DNA of 63,747 nucleotides from Carcharhinus longimanus. Its lineage: Eukaryota. The DNA is taken from contig JASCQW010000109.1 of NCBI GenBank assembly GCA_030264375.1, positions 54,279,161 to 54,342,907 of the forward strand, given 5' to 3'. Positions 36,617 through 48,379 of this stretch are shown piece by piece. Within the stretch, counting starts at the first letter, position 1. Every line of letters starts with the position of its first letter. The notes under the pieces are model-generated. The model was not told where the DNA came from. It saw only the letters and a list, made by a program, of their open reading frames with translations, and did not search any database. A program made the position numbers and the translations under genes.

Positions 36617-37357
36617 CTGGTCAATTGTGTCATGATTTTGGTTTCTTTACTTGTTGATATTTCCGTGGGAGTAATTGCGAATGGTTTTGAGAGTTGCTGT
36701 TGTGTGAGGTTCGGTTGAACAGAAATGTTTTCAGAAGCCAAGCGAGGATCTGTCGCATCATTCTCTGACATGGTAGAGGAATCCTCAACAAACACTTCAT
36801 CCTCCCAGCATGACGGGGAGGAAGGAGAGTTCGGCTGATCTCCCGCGTCCCTGATTGGTGACGGCAGGCTGTGTTGTGGAGATGGGGTTCCAGGGGAAGC
36901 AGGTTCGACACCAAGAGAAGCTGCGTGAACCTTGGCCACGCTGGGACCTCTCTCCAAAGCAGTGGTGACTGCAACCTGGTTGGTTCCTAACTTCATGTCT
37001 TCCCTCTGCGATTTAGTCCAGTTTTGTTTGGAAAAGGGCAGTCTCGATGGGGGCGTGGGCGCCCTTTTCAATGTCTGTGCTACGTTATTCCATTTAGCTT
37101 GAGATCCGCTCTTTCTTCCGAGAGATCCCAAATTTCCCGTTTTGAATCCTGGCTCACTGTCAGTCGCCAAGCAGTGGAGCTGGTCAGAGCTTTGGCTCAG
37201 GAGCTGGGGAGTACTGGCTCCTGACGATGCCAATTCATCCAGGGACTTTCCTCTTGTTCTTAGCAGAATGCTGGGTGCCATCCTTTCGCGTTCGCCTTCG
37301 TTACATTTTGAACAGGAAATCGCTTCCCTTCCAGAATTGATTTTCACCGTAACGGGC
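36617..37357 (-). CDS. SHROOM1: Shroom coding exon 3 (741 nt)
   Basis: Acceptor ttccctctcag|G and donor CAG|GTAAGG, phase 2-2. Encodes RTRGKSLDEL...LSQSSDQL and a Ser/Pro-rich linker. Confidence 0.8.
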
Positions 37358-37510
37358 CTGAGAGGGAACATTACAAATCGACAAGATTTGGACTGTGAGT
37401 TTAGAACATGGAGCGCAAACGTCTCAAAATTAACAAGTTTCATGCAAAGCTGACATTAGAATATTTTCTCACCCTGACTCTCACATATAGAATAAAGCTC
37501 CAGCTAAAAT

Positions 37511-37764
37511 GGGCGGCACGGTGGCACAGTGGTTAGCACTGCTGCCTTACAGTGCCAGGGACCCGGGTTCGATTCCCGGCTTGGGTCACCTTCTGTGTGG
37601 AGTTTGCACGTTCTCCCCGTGTCTACATGGGTTTCCTTTGGGTGCTCTCCGGTTTCCTCCCACAGTCCAAAGATGCGTGGGTTGGCCATGCTCAATTGTC
37701 CCTTAGTGTCAGGGGGACTAACTAGGGTAAATGCACAGGGTTATGGGGGATAGGGTCTGGGTGG
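37511..37764 (+). mobile_element. HE1-type SINE running into a gap
   Basis: gggcggcacggtggcacagtggttagcactgctgcc...gggttcgattccc (A and B boxes). Confidence 0.85.
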
Positions 37765-37947
37765 NNNNNNNNNNNNNNNNNNNNNNNNNNNNNNNNNNNN
37801 NNNNNNNNNNNNNNNNNNNNNNNNNNNNNNNNNNNNNNNNNNNNNNNNNNNNNNNNNNNNNNNNNNNNNNNNNNNNNNNNNNNNNNNNNNNNNNNNNNNN
37901 NNNNNNNNNNNNNNNNNNNNNNNNNNNNNNNNNNNNNNNNNNNNNNN

Positions 37948-38121
37948 CATGATTGCGTGTGTGTGTGCATGATTGCGTGTGTGCATGATTGTGTGCGTGT
38001 GCATGATTGTGTGCGTGTGTGTGTGCGCATGATTGCGTGCGTGTGTGTGTGCGCGTGATTGCGTGTGTGTGTGCGCGTGATTGCGTGTGTGTGTGTGTGT
38101 GCGTGATTGTGTGTGTGTGTG
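37948..38121. repeat. Minisatellite (CRTGATTGYG(TG)n)n adjoining a gap
   Basis: About 9 units of catgattgcgtgtgtg with variable TG length. Confidence 0.95.
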
Positions 38122-38742
38122 TAGCTTCAGATGTTCAAGAGATCTGACAGGCGTCATGTAAAAGGAAATAATTTGTCTTTGAGAAGGGGAATAATAAGAC
38201 TGTCCAAAAACAGACAGGGAGGAGGAATGATAAAGTCAAATGTAAATAAGAACGTTGACACGAGCCCTTGAACTTGATTTCTGACGAGAAAGAAACAAGC
38301 AGGTAATGGTTTGTAGCAGGTACATGGGGAGCGGAGCAGCATTTCATTCAGAATTAAATTGAACTAAAGTGAACTGGATGGGTGTGAATATGTGTCAAAT
38401 AGCTCTTGACTCTCGAGCAGAATGGGAAACTGACAGCGAAGGAAACATATTAAAAACAATTTGATTGGGAGCCCTTGACAGTCAAAGAAAGAAAGGCTGG
38501 TTACAGTACGTGGAATTTAGAATGATGAAGTGTCAGGACATTGTGGGGGATTGGAGCGTGGGAGGGACAGAGGGCAGTTTAGCTAATCAGGCCACGTGGA
38601 AAGCCTGTGGGCAGACCAGGCAAGAGGAGTGCTGTAGTGTGAGAAATCACAACAAGGGAGCCTTGAGTCACAGGGAAGAGGAAAGTGTATACAGACAAGC
38701 TCAGTGCAGGTATAGGTCTAGTCCCACTGACGCCCATGCATT

Positions 38743-38834
38743 GACTTTGTGGTCGAATGGATAAAGCAACTGACTTTGGTGATCGTGGCTGTGATAATAT
38801 CAGAAGGTTGCAGGTTCGAGTCCTATCGTGGTCT
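38743..38834 (+). pseudogene. Decayed tRNA-Arg(TCG)-like gene (anticodon now TTG) with a 19-nt insertion at the canonical 37/38 intron position
   Basis: A box TGGTCGAATGG, anticodon arm CTGA-CT-TTG-G[38780-38798]A-TCAG, B box GGTTCGAGTCC and 3' acceptor strand CGTGGTC. Length is 92 = 73+19. All stems carry mismatches. Confidence 0.7.
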
Positions 38835-38919
38835 CTTTGAACAGGAATCTGCTGGAAATTCCTGGGAGTCTGGTTCTCTCTCATCAGATGTAACCAACTT
38901 TGAACACACACACGCACAA

Positions 38920-39250
38920 GGGTGGCATGGTGGTGCAGTGGTCAACACTGCTACCTCAGAGCAACAGGGACCCGGGTTCGATTCCCGGCTAAGGTCACTG
39001 TCTGTGTGGAGTCTGCACATTCTCCCTGTGTCTGCATGGGTTTCCGCCGGGTGCTCTGGTTTCCTCCCACAGTCCAAAGCTGTGCAGCTTAGGTGGATTG
39101 GTAATATTTAAATTGCCCCTTAGTGTCAGGAGGATTTGCTAGGGTAAATGCATGGGGTTACTGCGATAGGGTCTGGGTGGGATTGTGGTTGGTGCAGACT
39201 CGATGGGCCGAATGGCCTCCGCCTGCACTGTAAAAATCTATGATTCTATT
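38920..39250 (+). mobile_element. HE1-type SINE
   Basis: Full-length copy. Confidence 0.85.
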
Positions 39251-39710
39251 TCCAAAAGGCGCTGGAAAAATAATCTGCTGAGAGCAGAATCGTGATAGAT
39301 TAAAATAATCACAGGTAGATAGAGTCCAGAAAGATGATGATCCAAAATGACGTCATGCATTCTTTTCCTAACAGGGCTGTGTTAGGCAGAGTTGACTGCA
39401 CCCTCTGCTGGTGAATGAGTGAAATTCTCTAGATCCTGCAATTATTGACTGACTGGCATTGCACAAAGCAGAAAGGGGCCATTTGGCCTGTCGTTTTCAT
39501 GCCGGCTCTCTGCAAGAGCAATTCAGCCAATCCCACACCCCTGTCTTTTCCCCAAAGCTGTACATTTTTTGTTTTTTTTCCTTTCTTTCTATGTTTTTCA
39601 ATCAGGTTCACTCCCATGAGCTGATTTCCATTCATTTCAATAAAGTTGAATCTGACTAAAGATCCCCCTCGCCAGATCTTCACCCTCCTCACGAGGTTTT
39701 CAAACCACAC

Positions 39711-40003
39711 CACCACAATCTGAGTGGAACCCGTTCCCAGCTCTGAGACACCCTACCTCGCCAGAGTGACAATGCAAACCACAACCATTCTTTTTGTTTG
39801 GGAGGGAAAGGGACAAGAAATGGAGAGAAAAGCTGGCCAGTGAAGCTGGAGATTTCCATGTCAGTTTTCTCACGGGAACTGGTGCTCTGACAGATTCTTG
39901 TAAGATTCTGCCCTACGTCACCACAAACTGAGTGGAACCCATTCCCACCTCTGGGAGACCTCACCTCGCCAGGGTGATGATGCAAACCACAACCATTCTT
40001 TTT
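39711..40003. repeat. Pair of diverged 85-bp direct repeats (39711-39795, 39919-40003)
   Basis: caccacaa(t/a)ctgagtggaaccc...atgcaaaccacaaccattcttttt is present twice, 208 bp apart. Confidence 0.85.
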
Positions 40004-41162
40004 ATTTTGCTTCTTTTCCGATCCTTTGTCGCAGAGAAGGAAGACAAATTAGATTTTCCAACCAGAAAGATTATGGGCGCAATTCTCTCAGCCCGCTGGG
40101 CCGGGAGGTAGACCGTTTAGCGGATTCACCACTGGGCGTAACGGCTTCCATGCGTCTCAGGCGCCAGATTTCCGGCGTCGTCAGTTCCATCCCCGAAATC
40201 AGCACAGAGCTGATTTAAATTTTAAAATCTTCATTACCATCCCATTAGCGGGCCCAGGGCTGAAATCGGCAGGCCTGTTAGCCTCTCCCCCTTCTGCCAG
40301 GAGGGTTTCACTCCAGCAGGGTTTACAATCGCCCCCATTAAGGGGGAACTGGCGGCCTGACCCTGCTGGAGTGAAGGGGTCCCATGGGCATTGGCACCCT
40401 GGCAGTGCCAGTCCGACCCCCCTGGAACTGGCCAAGGGGCAAAGTGGCAATGCTCCTTAGCACTGCCTACAGGGTTGCTACCCTATCTAAGCATTTACCA
40501 TTCAACTCCTGTGTCTCCTCAACACTGGGATAGGATTTCCCCCCGAGATTTTATCATTGGATCTCGAACAGACAGAGACAGAGAGCAACTTGAGGATGAG
40601 CTTCATAATCTGACTGCCCACCTTCTGCCTTCTGTGGTTTGGTTGCAACAGTAAAAGTTGGGGTTGTTCATGAGACATGCAAATGTGGCAAACACGGGTT
40701 CTACATTAATTCTTGACATTTGCATTGCAATGATGGATAAGGGAAACACATTCTTAGAAGTCGCCAAAGGAAGGAATGGGACAGGACTGCATGAAGGGCC
40801 TATGTAAGTAACTTCAGAGTGTTGCCATATACGGGTGCCAGGAGAACCTTTTTCAATTTAAAAAGATTAAAATAGCACTTTCATCAGGAGATGTCTTTAA
40901 ACTATCTTCCCTTGCTGTTGTGGCAGCGTCTGTGAGCAGGAGACATGCCTGTCCATGGCTCCATCCCAAAATGGACACAACTCTCTGACTAAGGCCACAG
41001 ATCTGTGTTCCAAGTGGAATGATCTCCACACTGGATAACAGGGTCAGGAACGTATCATCAGGACAGGGAGAAGAGCTCCTTCACCTCAATTCTGCCTGTG
41101 CAGCATTTCAGCTTAAAGCACAGGACATGCCCTTTTCAAAAGTTAGATATCTTGTCACCCAC

Positions 41163-41230
41163 CTGGAACAGTTGTTGCTGCTACCAATTTGCCTCAAGGT
41201 TTCAGAGTATTGACCAGAAACAGGATCCTT
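41163..41230 (-). CDS. SHROOM1: Shroom coding exon 2 (68 nt; KDPVSGQYSETLRQIGSSNNCS-R)
   Basis: Strong acceptor ttttttttttccctggtgcag and donor CAG|GTGGGT. Its phase (0 in, 2 out) exactly bridges the flanking exons. It is not in the ORF track. Confidence 0.75.
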
Positions 41231-42156
41231 CTGCACCAGGGAAAAAAAAAACTTAATAAAAACATCTGTCATTCACTTTATTTGATTTAAATTCAATACA
41301 TTTTAAAAGACACATGTTAAACTTGCATGGGATCCTCGTTAGGCAACATTAGTCAGCCAATACATTGGAAATTTCTGGTATTCATACAATAAAAAGAACA
41401 TTGAAACAGTGGAGTAAATGCAAAAAGGGTTTACTAGGAAGGTACCAAAACAGAGCTACTAAATTACAGGAAAAATTGAAGCGACTGAGATTTTAGAACT
41501 CAGACATAGGACAGAATTAGGCCATTCGGCCCATCGCGTCTGCCCCGCCAATCGATCATGGCTATGTTTCTCAACCCCATTCTCCTGCCTTTTCTCTATA
41601 ACCTTTGATCCCCTGACCAATCAAGAACCTATCTTTTGAATTTTGAATAGATTGGACCTGATAAATATGGAGAAAATGTTTCCACTTGCGGAAACTCAAG
41701 CCATCAACATATCTTAGTCACCAATAAAATTAACAGGGAAATAAGAAGAACTTTCTTAACTTGGAGAGTGGCGTTAGAAAGTGGAACTTGCTACCACAGA
41801 AAACGGTCAAGTAGCAAGTAGCTCAGGTGCTTTCAAAAGGGAATTAAGTGAGTACTTGAGAGACTAGCACGGACTAGTTGGGCTGTTTCTGTGCTCTGAT
41901 TTCTATGTAATTCTACATCATGTTGTAGAACACGGTAAAAGTGTCACCACGTTTGTGTGCAAAAGGATTGTAACAACATTTCCAACTTTTGACAAACCAT
42001 CCAACTAACTCATATGCTATTAATTCTTTTCAAACTCAGATTTCATTGTGGTTAAATGTGAAAATGCAAAACAAATTTTGCAAGAGGAACAGCATTAGCC
42101 AGAGTTCCCCTGGGGTTAATCTGGCGATTTGTAACCGGAACTTTTGAACTAAAAGA

Positions 42157-42466
42157 TTAGAATCATAGAACCCTACAGTGCAGACGGAGGCCATTCAGCC
42201 CACCGACCACAATCCCACCCAGGTCCTAACCCCATAACCCCATGCATTTACTCTAGCTTGTCCTCTTGACACTAAGGGGCACGACCAATCCACCTAACCC
42301 GCACATCTTTGGAGTGTGGGAGGAAGCCGAAGCAGCCGGAAGAAACCCACACAGACATGAGGAGAATGTGCAAACTGCACACAGACAGTGGCCCAAGCCG
42401 GGAATTGAACCCGGCTCCTTGGCGCTGTGAGGTAGCAGTGCTAACCACTGTGCCACCATGCCGCCC
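42157..42466 (-). mobile_element. HE1-type SINE
   Basis: Full-length reverse copy. Confidence 0.85.
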
Positions 42467-42812
42467 ACACCTGATTGTTTTAGTTCCAGAAATTTCCAAA
42501 ATCTCAAATTCTACATTCAAATTATTTTGCAACTTTTATAAAAAGCCCTCACAATTCCCATCCTCTGTTTCTTGTCTCCAGTCACCTCTCATAGGACCAT
42601 AATGCAGTTAAAAACCATCAGGTCTGGACCCAGCACTCAGAGGGCCCAGTCCATGCTTCCTCTGTCAACAGCACTGCAGGTCAGTCACCTTTCACATCAG
42701 CCATCACTTTTTGGGTTCGGTAGGCAGGTTTACCCAGATCCCCTTCCTGCCACTAACATTCCCCATTTATCCATACTGGGGACCTAGCATTGCTGGATTC
42801 TGCTGTGGCTGA

Positions 42813-42882
42813 CAAGACCTTAAGTGGGACTCGAACCCAGGCTTTTCCAGCTCAGAAGCAGGAGCTCTGCCCATTGCGCCTC
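42813..42882 (-). mobile_element. tRNA-like SINE head of another family
   Basis: The minus strand reads ggcgcaatgggcagagc...cctgggttcgagtcccac (A and B boxes) but has no cloverleaf acceptor stem. Confidence 0.5.
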
Positions 42883-42958
42883 TCAGGGGGCCAGTTCCCA
42901 GCCAGGCAAAAATGCAGAATGACTCAACCACATTTGGATACTGAATTTGGATACCGAC

Positions 42959-45532
42959 CTGTGAAGACAATGGAGATGACTTTGATCTTGGCCGCTGGAC
43001 AGGTTTTGGTTGGTCCAGCAAATTCTCCTCTGAGACGCACATTCCGGAAGTAGCGACGCCAAATTGTTGCTTTTGGAAGTGTTGGCTGTCGCAGAAGGGA
43101 GATGCGTCACTGCAGACAGCAGGGGTCGCTGACATGGTATCCCGTGGTTCGCATAGCATCTCTACAGATTTGTGTCGAGGCATGTTCTGTCCTTTTGCAG
43201 GGCTGAAGTTGGAACAGGGATTGTGACTCCACTCTGAAAACCTCCGATGCTGCAACTTTACCGTTTGCCTTTGGTCACCAATGGGTTCTGTGCTACTCGG
43301 TCTCTGACTTCTCTTGCGATCCACATACTCAGCTAGAGCCTTGTGCTGGATCTGCCTTAACCCTACAGCCGATGCGCTAGATGCCGAGGAAGTCGTTTCA
43401 AACAGTTGCCGCCTTGAGGCAACGAAACTCCTTTCCCCGTGCCTATGTGGGGAGTTGACGGTCTTTTCCTGTTCCCATGTAGGGGTGCCTTTTCTTGAAA
43501 TGCTCGGCACACCCAACTGATTTATTTTTTCGGGTTCCGAATGATACATTTTCTTCTCTTGCAAGGTTAGTCTTTTCCTGCCCCCTATACGGGCAGTCTG
43601 GTGCTGGGACGACAGAGCTCTGGCTCCCAGATCCTCCTGTAATAATTGTGATAACTGGGTGATGGTTTTCGAATCATCGGGGACGTCGCACGGGTCTGTC
43701 AAAGAACCTGAACGCAAATGTGCAATGCTGGGCCTCTCGGTGGGCTTCTGCTTAACTCGGTTTGGCCAACTGAGCTGGAGATCTCTGCGTTTGAAAGAGG
43801 TCTCCCTCAGTACCTTAGTCTGTGCATGCTTTACTTGGTTTCTATAAGTAATTTTAGAAGAATCAGTTAGTGAGCCTGAGGCATCTGAAGATCCTTCATT
43901 CAGTTCATTGAGTTCAGTAGAATCATCTAAGAGTTGGGAAGAACTCTTGCACTTTCGAAGCTGTGCTATTTTCTTCTGGATCCCCCTGGGTGGGTCTTGG
44001 TTTCCTTCCCTCTGTTTGTATTCCTCCTTTGGCCCCTCAGTGAGTGGCCTTTGCATTTTTGCATTCAGCGCTGCATTTTTAGCCGTATTCCTGCTTTCGA
44101 AGGTAAGTCGGTGCAACATTGGTGTATTTTCAGCAGTGATCACTCCATCAGTACATAACTCTCCTATCAGTCTCGCTGAGCGGTTCTCTGGAACATTGAA
44201 GCTACTTCTAACATCTGAATGTGGAATCATTCGTTGTCCTGCACTGTCAAAGTTATGTCTCATTTGCCTTTGGCTTGTATACTTGCTCTGCATTGCTGAC
44301 TCAGGCACCGTAGGATGTGGCTTAGGGGTGTGAGGGTTTTCCCTGGGCCCGCAGTAGAAGATCTGGCTGCTGCTGGTGTTATGTCCCCTGAGCCCAAATT
44401 CCTCACATGTAGGTTGCAAGTCCAGACCAGGTGACTGAAGTACTAAATGTCTGGCATTCCCCTCATTCAAAGACTCTAGTCTCTCTTTCCAACCTCTCGC
44501 CACATGAAACTTAGAATCTGCCTCAGGTTTTTGGGGTTCCGTCATCTTCTCTGGACCCGTAACCACGATAGGGCCTGAAAAGCCTTCTGTTTGCCTGGGC
44601 TCCCGAGCAGATGCATGGGTGTATGTGCTAGCCATGTAGCAATATGGTGCCACTTTCTGATTGCTTTCATTGGCTCTACTAGGAGTTTCTACAGTTGGTA
44701 GTTCAAGGTGCTGCTGGCTAATGGGAAGTGGCTTAATTCCATGTGCCAATGGTACGCAGTAGATTTGTTGCTGTGATTCTGTACAGTCAGGTGAGACGCN
44801 NNNNNNNNNNNNNATAAAAGAAGGAGGTGAGCCAGTTGGGGTGCTCTGAGATTTCTTCTCAGCCTGTTTGGAAGCAAAATTGTCTGCGCCTTCAAGTGAA
44901 TGGTGGCTTTTTCCCACAAAACCAGTCACGTTTGAAGTAGGTCTGCACCATGGAGCCTGGGAATAGCCTTGTCCATGATCAGAAGGAAGTCTATCAAGGG
45001 GTAGGTTCATTGTCTCCCGAGATTGCTGACTATTTTCAATAGTCACCTCCAGTGCCTGGCTCTCAATTGGTGATCTCTTTGTCACATCTTGTGGGCGTGG
45101 CCCATCATAACTGTAATAACTACCAAGACCATCGTGCTGCCTGGCAACTAGGAAACTTTCACGCCGCGTGGGTGGAGGAGGTGGGTTTGACCAACTATAT
45201 TTCCTATCATGGCCATTATAATTGGAGTTTGCCATTGATAGGAACACAGGTCTCTCTTCAGTGCCAGCATCACAGTTGACTGATGTCAGTCTTGTGTCAG
45301 TTTGTTGCAGCGCTAGTGAATCAGGAGCCTGTTGGAATACATTCCCTGACTGCCCGGGACTCTCCCTGCAATGAGCTAGAGACAGGTACTCTGGAGCATT
45401 GAAAGATGCTGAGAAGGAACTATAACCAGAGTCCCCTTTGCCACAATGATGGTTGACCTGGTCTATGTGACCAGTGAGCCTGTCCGGAGAGAAGTGACTG
45501 TTGTTGGCTGCTTTTTGGTCCAACCTGTCCAT
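42959..45532 (-). CDS. SHROOM1: Shroom coding exon 1 (2574 nt): N-terminal region and ASD1 actin-binding domain
   Basis: Motifs seen: HHCGKGDSGYSSFS, PPPPPTRRESF, YRNQVKHAQTKVLRETSFKRRDL, RIGGRKRLT...HSEPEKINQLG, VASRRQLFE. The acceptor ctcctttcag opens the exon at 45619 and the donor CAG|GTCGGT follows 42959 (phase 0). No PDZ domain is seen. There is a 14-N gap at 44800-44813. Confidence 0.85.
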
Positions 45533-48379
45533 ACTTCAGCTGTTGTTCTTTAATTCGATCTTCATCATTGCTAAGGGAGGCCGCAAAGATTCATTTATCC
45601 TCCTTTGGTGAGATGGCTTCTGAAAGGAGATTAAGTTCAGTTAAAGACTTGCTACTGAGTAAAGAAAGAACATTCTTAAACTTATCATAATTTTAGGGCA
45701 TCCTAAAGTGCTTCTAATCATGTAGAAAAATGGAACAGCCAATTTCACATACAGCAACATGCAACAGACAGAAAATGAGACTAATCAGCATTTTGTAGGT
45801 ATTACTGGTTGAGGGAGGAATGTTGACCTGGAAAATGTCTTGTGCTTTGAATAGGATCATTTATCTTTCATGTCAACCTCAACAGATAGATGGCTCCATT
45901 TTAACATGTAATTTGAAGTAAGTCACACCTCGCAATCAAACGATACCTTAGTATTGCACAATAATATACTCAAGTCATTAAGTGGACTTGAATGCATAAT
46001 TTTGTAATCAGAGGCAAGAATGCTGCCAACTTGTAGTGTCAATAACTGTAATGTATTTAAAGGCATGTTGTACGTTTAGAAACTTAACTCACTGCACACA
46101 TTGCCAGGGCCTTAGCTGAGGTTCCCAACACATGAGGTTTCAGAAATCAGCTGATCCACTGAGGGGTGGTATTCAGCAAAGTCCAGGTATTTCCCAACAG
46201 CGAGGGAGGAAAAGAGGAGGAAGGAGTGATAATGGGGTGTGTGACACGTGCTGCAGGGAGTTCAGACTTTCATTTCCTCTCAAGTCTGTAATATAGGCCA
46301 ATAACTTGGGTCTCCTCTGGGCGGTCAGGTTTCCTCACACAAGTCCAAAAGACGTGCTGATTAGGTGCATTGGCTATGCTAAATTCTCTCTCAGTGTACC
46401 CAAATAGGCGCCGCAATGTGGCAACTGGGCGATTTTCACCGTAACTTCATTACGGTATTAACGTAAGCCTACTTGTGACACTAATAAATAAACTTTAAAA
46501 CTTCAAATTTTAATAATTCCTTAGCTGAAGGAGCAGGTGAGCTGCCGGCTTAGTGTCACTCAGAAGCCATGTGGAATAAATGAAGGAAAATATAAAATGA
46601 ACTGAGACTTCTTCAAAATTCATCCATGGGATATGTTGCATTTACTGCCCACTCCTAATTGCCCTCGAGAAGGTTATGGTGAGTTGCCTTCTGGAACCAC
46701 TGCAGTCCATGTGATTTGGCAAAAGTGGACTGAAGGCAAATCACAATAGGAGCAGTGAGGGGCTGTCAAGGATGGGCCAAAGAAGGTTCAGATCAAATAT
46801 GATCTCGCAAAGCAGAAGTGTGGGACTCACAAATCCCTGGATGTCAAAGAGCAGGAAGAGTAAGAAGAGGCAAAAAAAGAAAGTGCAATACTTCAGAAAT
46901 CTTAAACAAGTTTAGAAAGGTATGCCTGCTACTGTCCACAGCCAAGACAATGATATGAATGTACTTAATGACTCAAAATAACTATGGACACCTAATCAAA
47001 GTCTGATGTCAATTCTGACTGAAACTCTCTGAAGTGTTAATGGGGAAACCAGGGAACTGGAGGAACAACTACATTTATGCACCTGCCCTTCCCTCAAAAT
47101 GAAGAAAATTTGGACAATCTAAAACTTAGGTGGGATTTTAAATCAGGAAAACACTGGCAATGGATGGTGATTGGGATTTGTATCTCAGTTACCATGGGAG
47201 ATTGACTCCCACGTTGCTGTAAGTACATTACGTTGTTAGTTGGAATCTTAGATTTGTTTAAGGAAGGCCAGCTTTACAATGTGACACTAGCAAAATGCCT
47301 ACTTTTATCTTCTTGTTAAACGTGATCAGAGCAGTGGTTACACCTGGAAACGGGATATATGATCTATATATGATTTATGTGCATTATAGGAATAGACTTG
47401 CAATGGAGGATAAAACATACACTGTGTGCTGCATGTGACAACATTGTAAACTTGTTTGTGAAGAACATGATTTCACTATGCTATACATAAAGCACAAAGC
47501 TAAATCTTCTCCCTCATTGGTCCTCTCAGTGACTAGTCAATAGGGGAAATAAGCTATTTGGTGAAGTAACAGTGTATGACTCAATTAGTGTGAGAACATT
47601 GGTGAGACTCACTTATTTCCTATTTTCTAATATTGTTAATATTGTAGGTCCTGGTGTGTTTTTTTAAGCGTAGCTGTCAATTCCACAATCTAACAGTGAA
47701 GGTTAAGATGAATTTCCCAAAGACTTTCGGTATTATCTAGTAATTTGATAGGATGAATAAGGAAAGGCTTTTTTCCTCAGTTTGGGGAATCAATAACGAG
47801 GGGTCATCAACTTTACATGATCACTGAGAGAGAGAGGATAAAGGGGGAGAGAAATTCATTTCTGCAGAAGATTGACAGAGTATGGAATGTTTTTCCACAA
47901 GGGTCAACTGAGCCAGAGAACCTCATACCTTTTAAAGAAATTATGGAAAAGTATTTGAAATGGAGGAAGATACAGGATCATAGGGAAAGCACGGGGCATT
48001 GGGACTCATGATTTATCGTTTCAACAACCCTCACAGACACAGGGGACGATTCTCCCAAAAAAAATTCTATGTGTTGAATTTGTGTAAAAACTGGAGTTTC
48101 AAAATGAAAAACAGCACTGCTGAGTGAATCAATCCAAAAATCAGAGTGTGGGGCCTAATCCCGCTGGAGAGGCTNNNNNNNNNNNNNNNNNNNNNNNNNN
48201 NNNNNNNNNNNNNNNNNNNNNNNNNNNNNNNNNNNNNNNNNNNNNNNNNNNNNNNNNNNNNNNNNNNNNNNNNNGAAGGAGGAGGGGTGGATGAGGGGGT
48301 GGGGGGTGGGGGAGGGGGAGGAGGAGTGGGAGATGGGGAGGAGGAGGAGTGGGGGGCAGGGTAGTGGGGAGCAACGACA

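Noticed and set aside
37358-37443. N-terminal part of the 276-aa ORF
   Set aside because: It lies upstream of the splice acceptor at 37357 and is intronic.
37504-37753. Recurrent peptides such as SLSVWSLHVLPVSAWVSS or CGRKPEHPEETH across the window
   Set aside because: Translations of the V-SINE body, not a gene family.
37741-38157. His/Thr-rich ORFs and a CRISPR-like periodic look
   Set aside because: A TG-based minisatellite with no unique spacers, in a eukaryotic context.
42813-42882. Possible tRNA gene on the minus strand
   Set aside because: A and B boxes are present but acceptor-stem pairing is missing, consistent with a SINE head.
42767-42958. C-terminal tail of the 921-aa ORF (VGIQIQYPN...)
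   Set aside because: Read-through past the splice donor at 42959 into intron and a SINE head.
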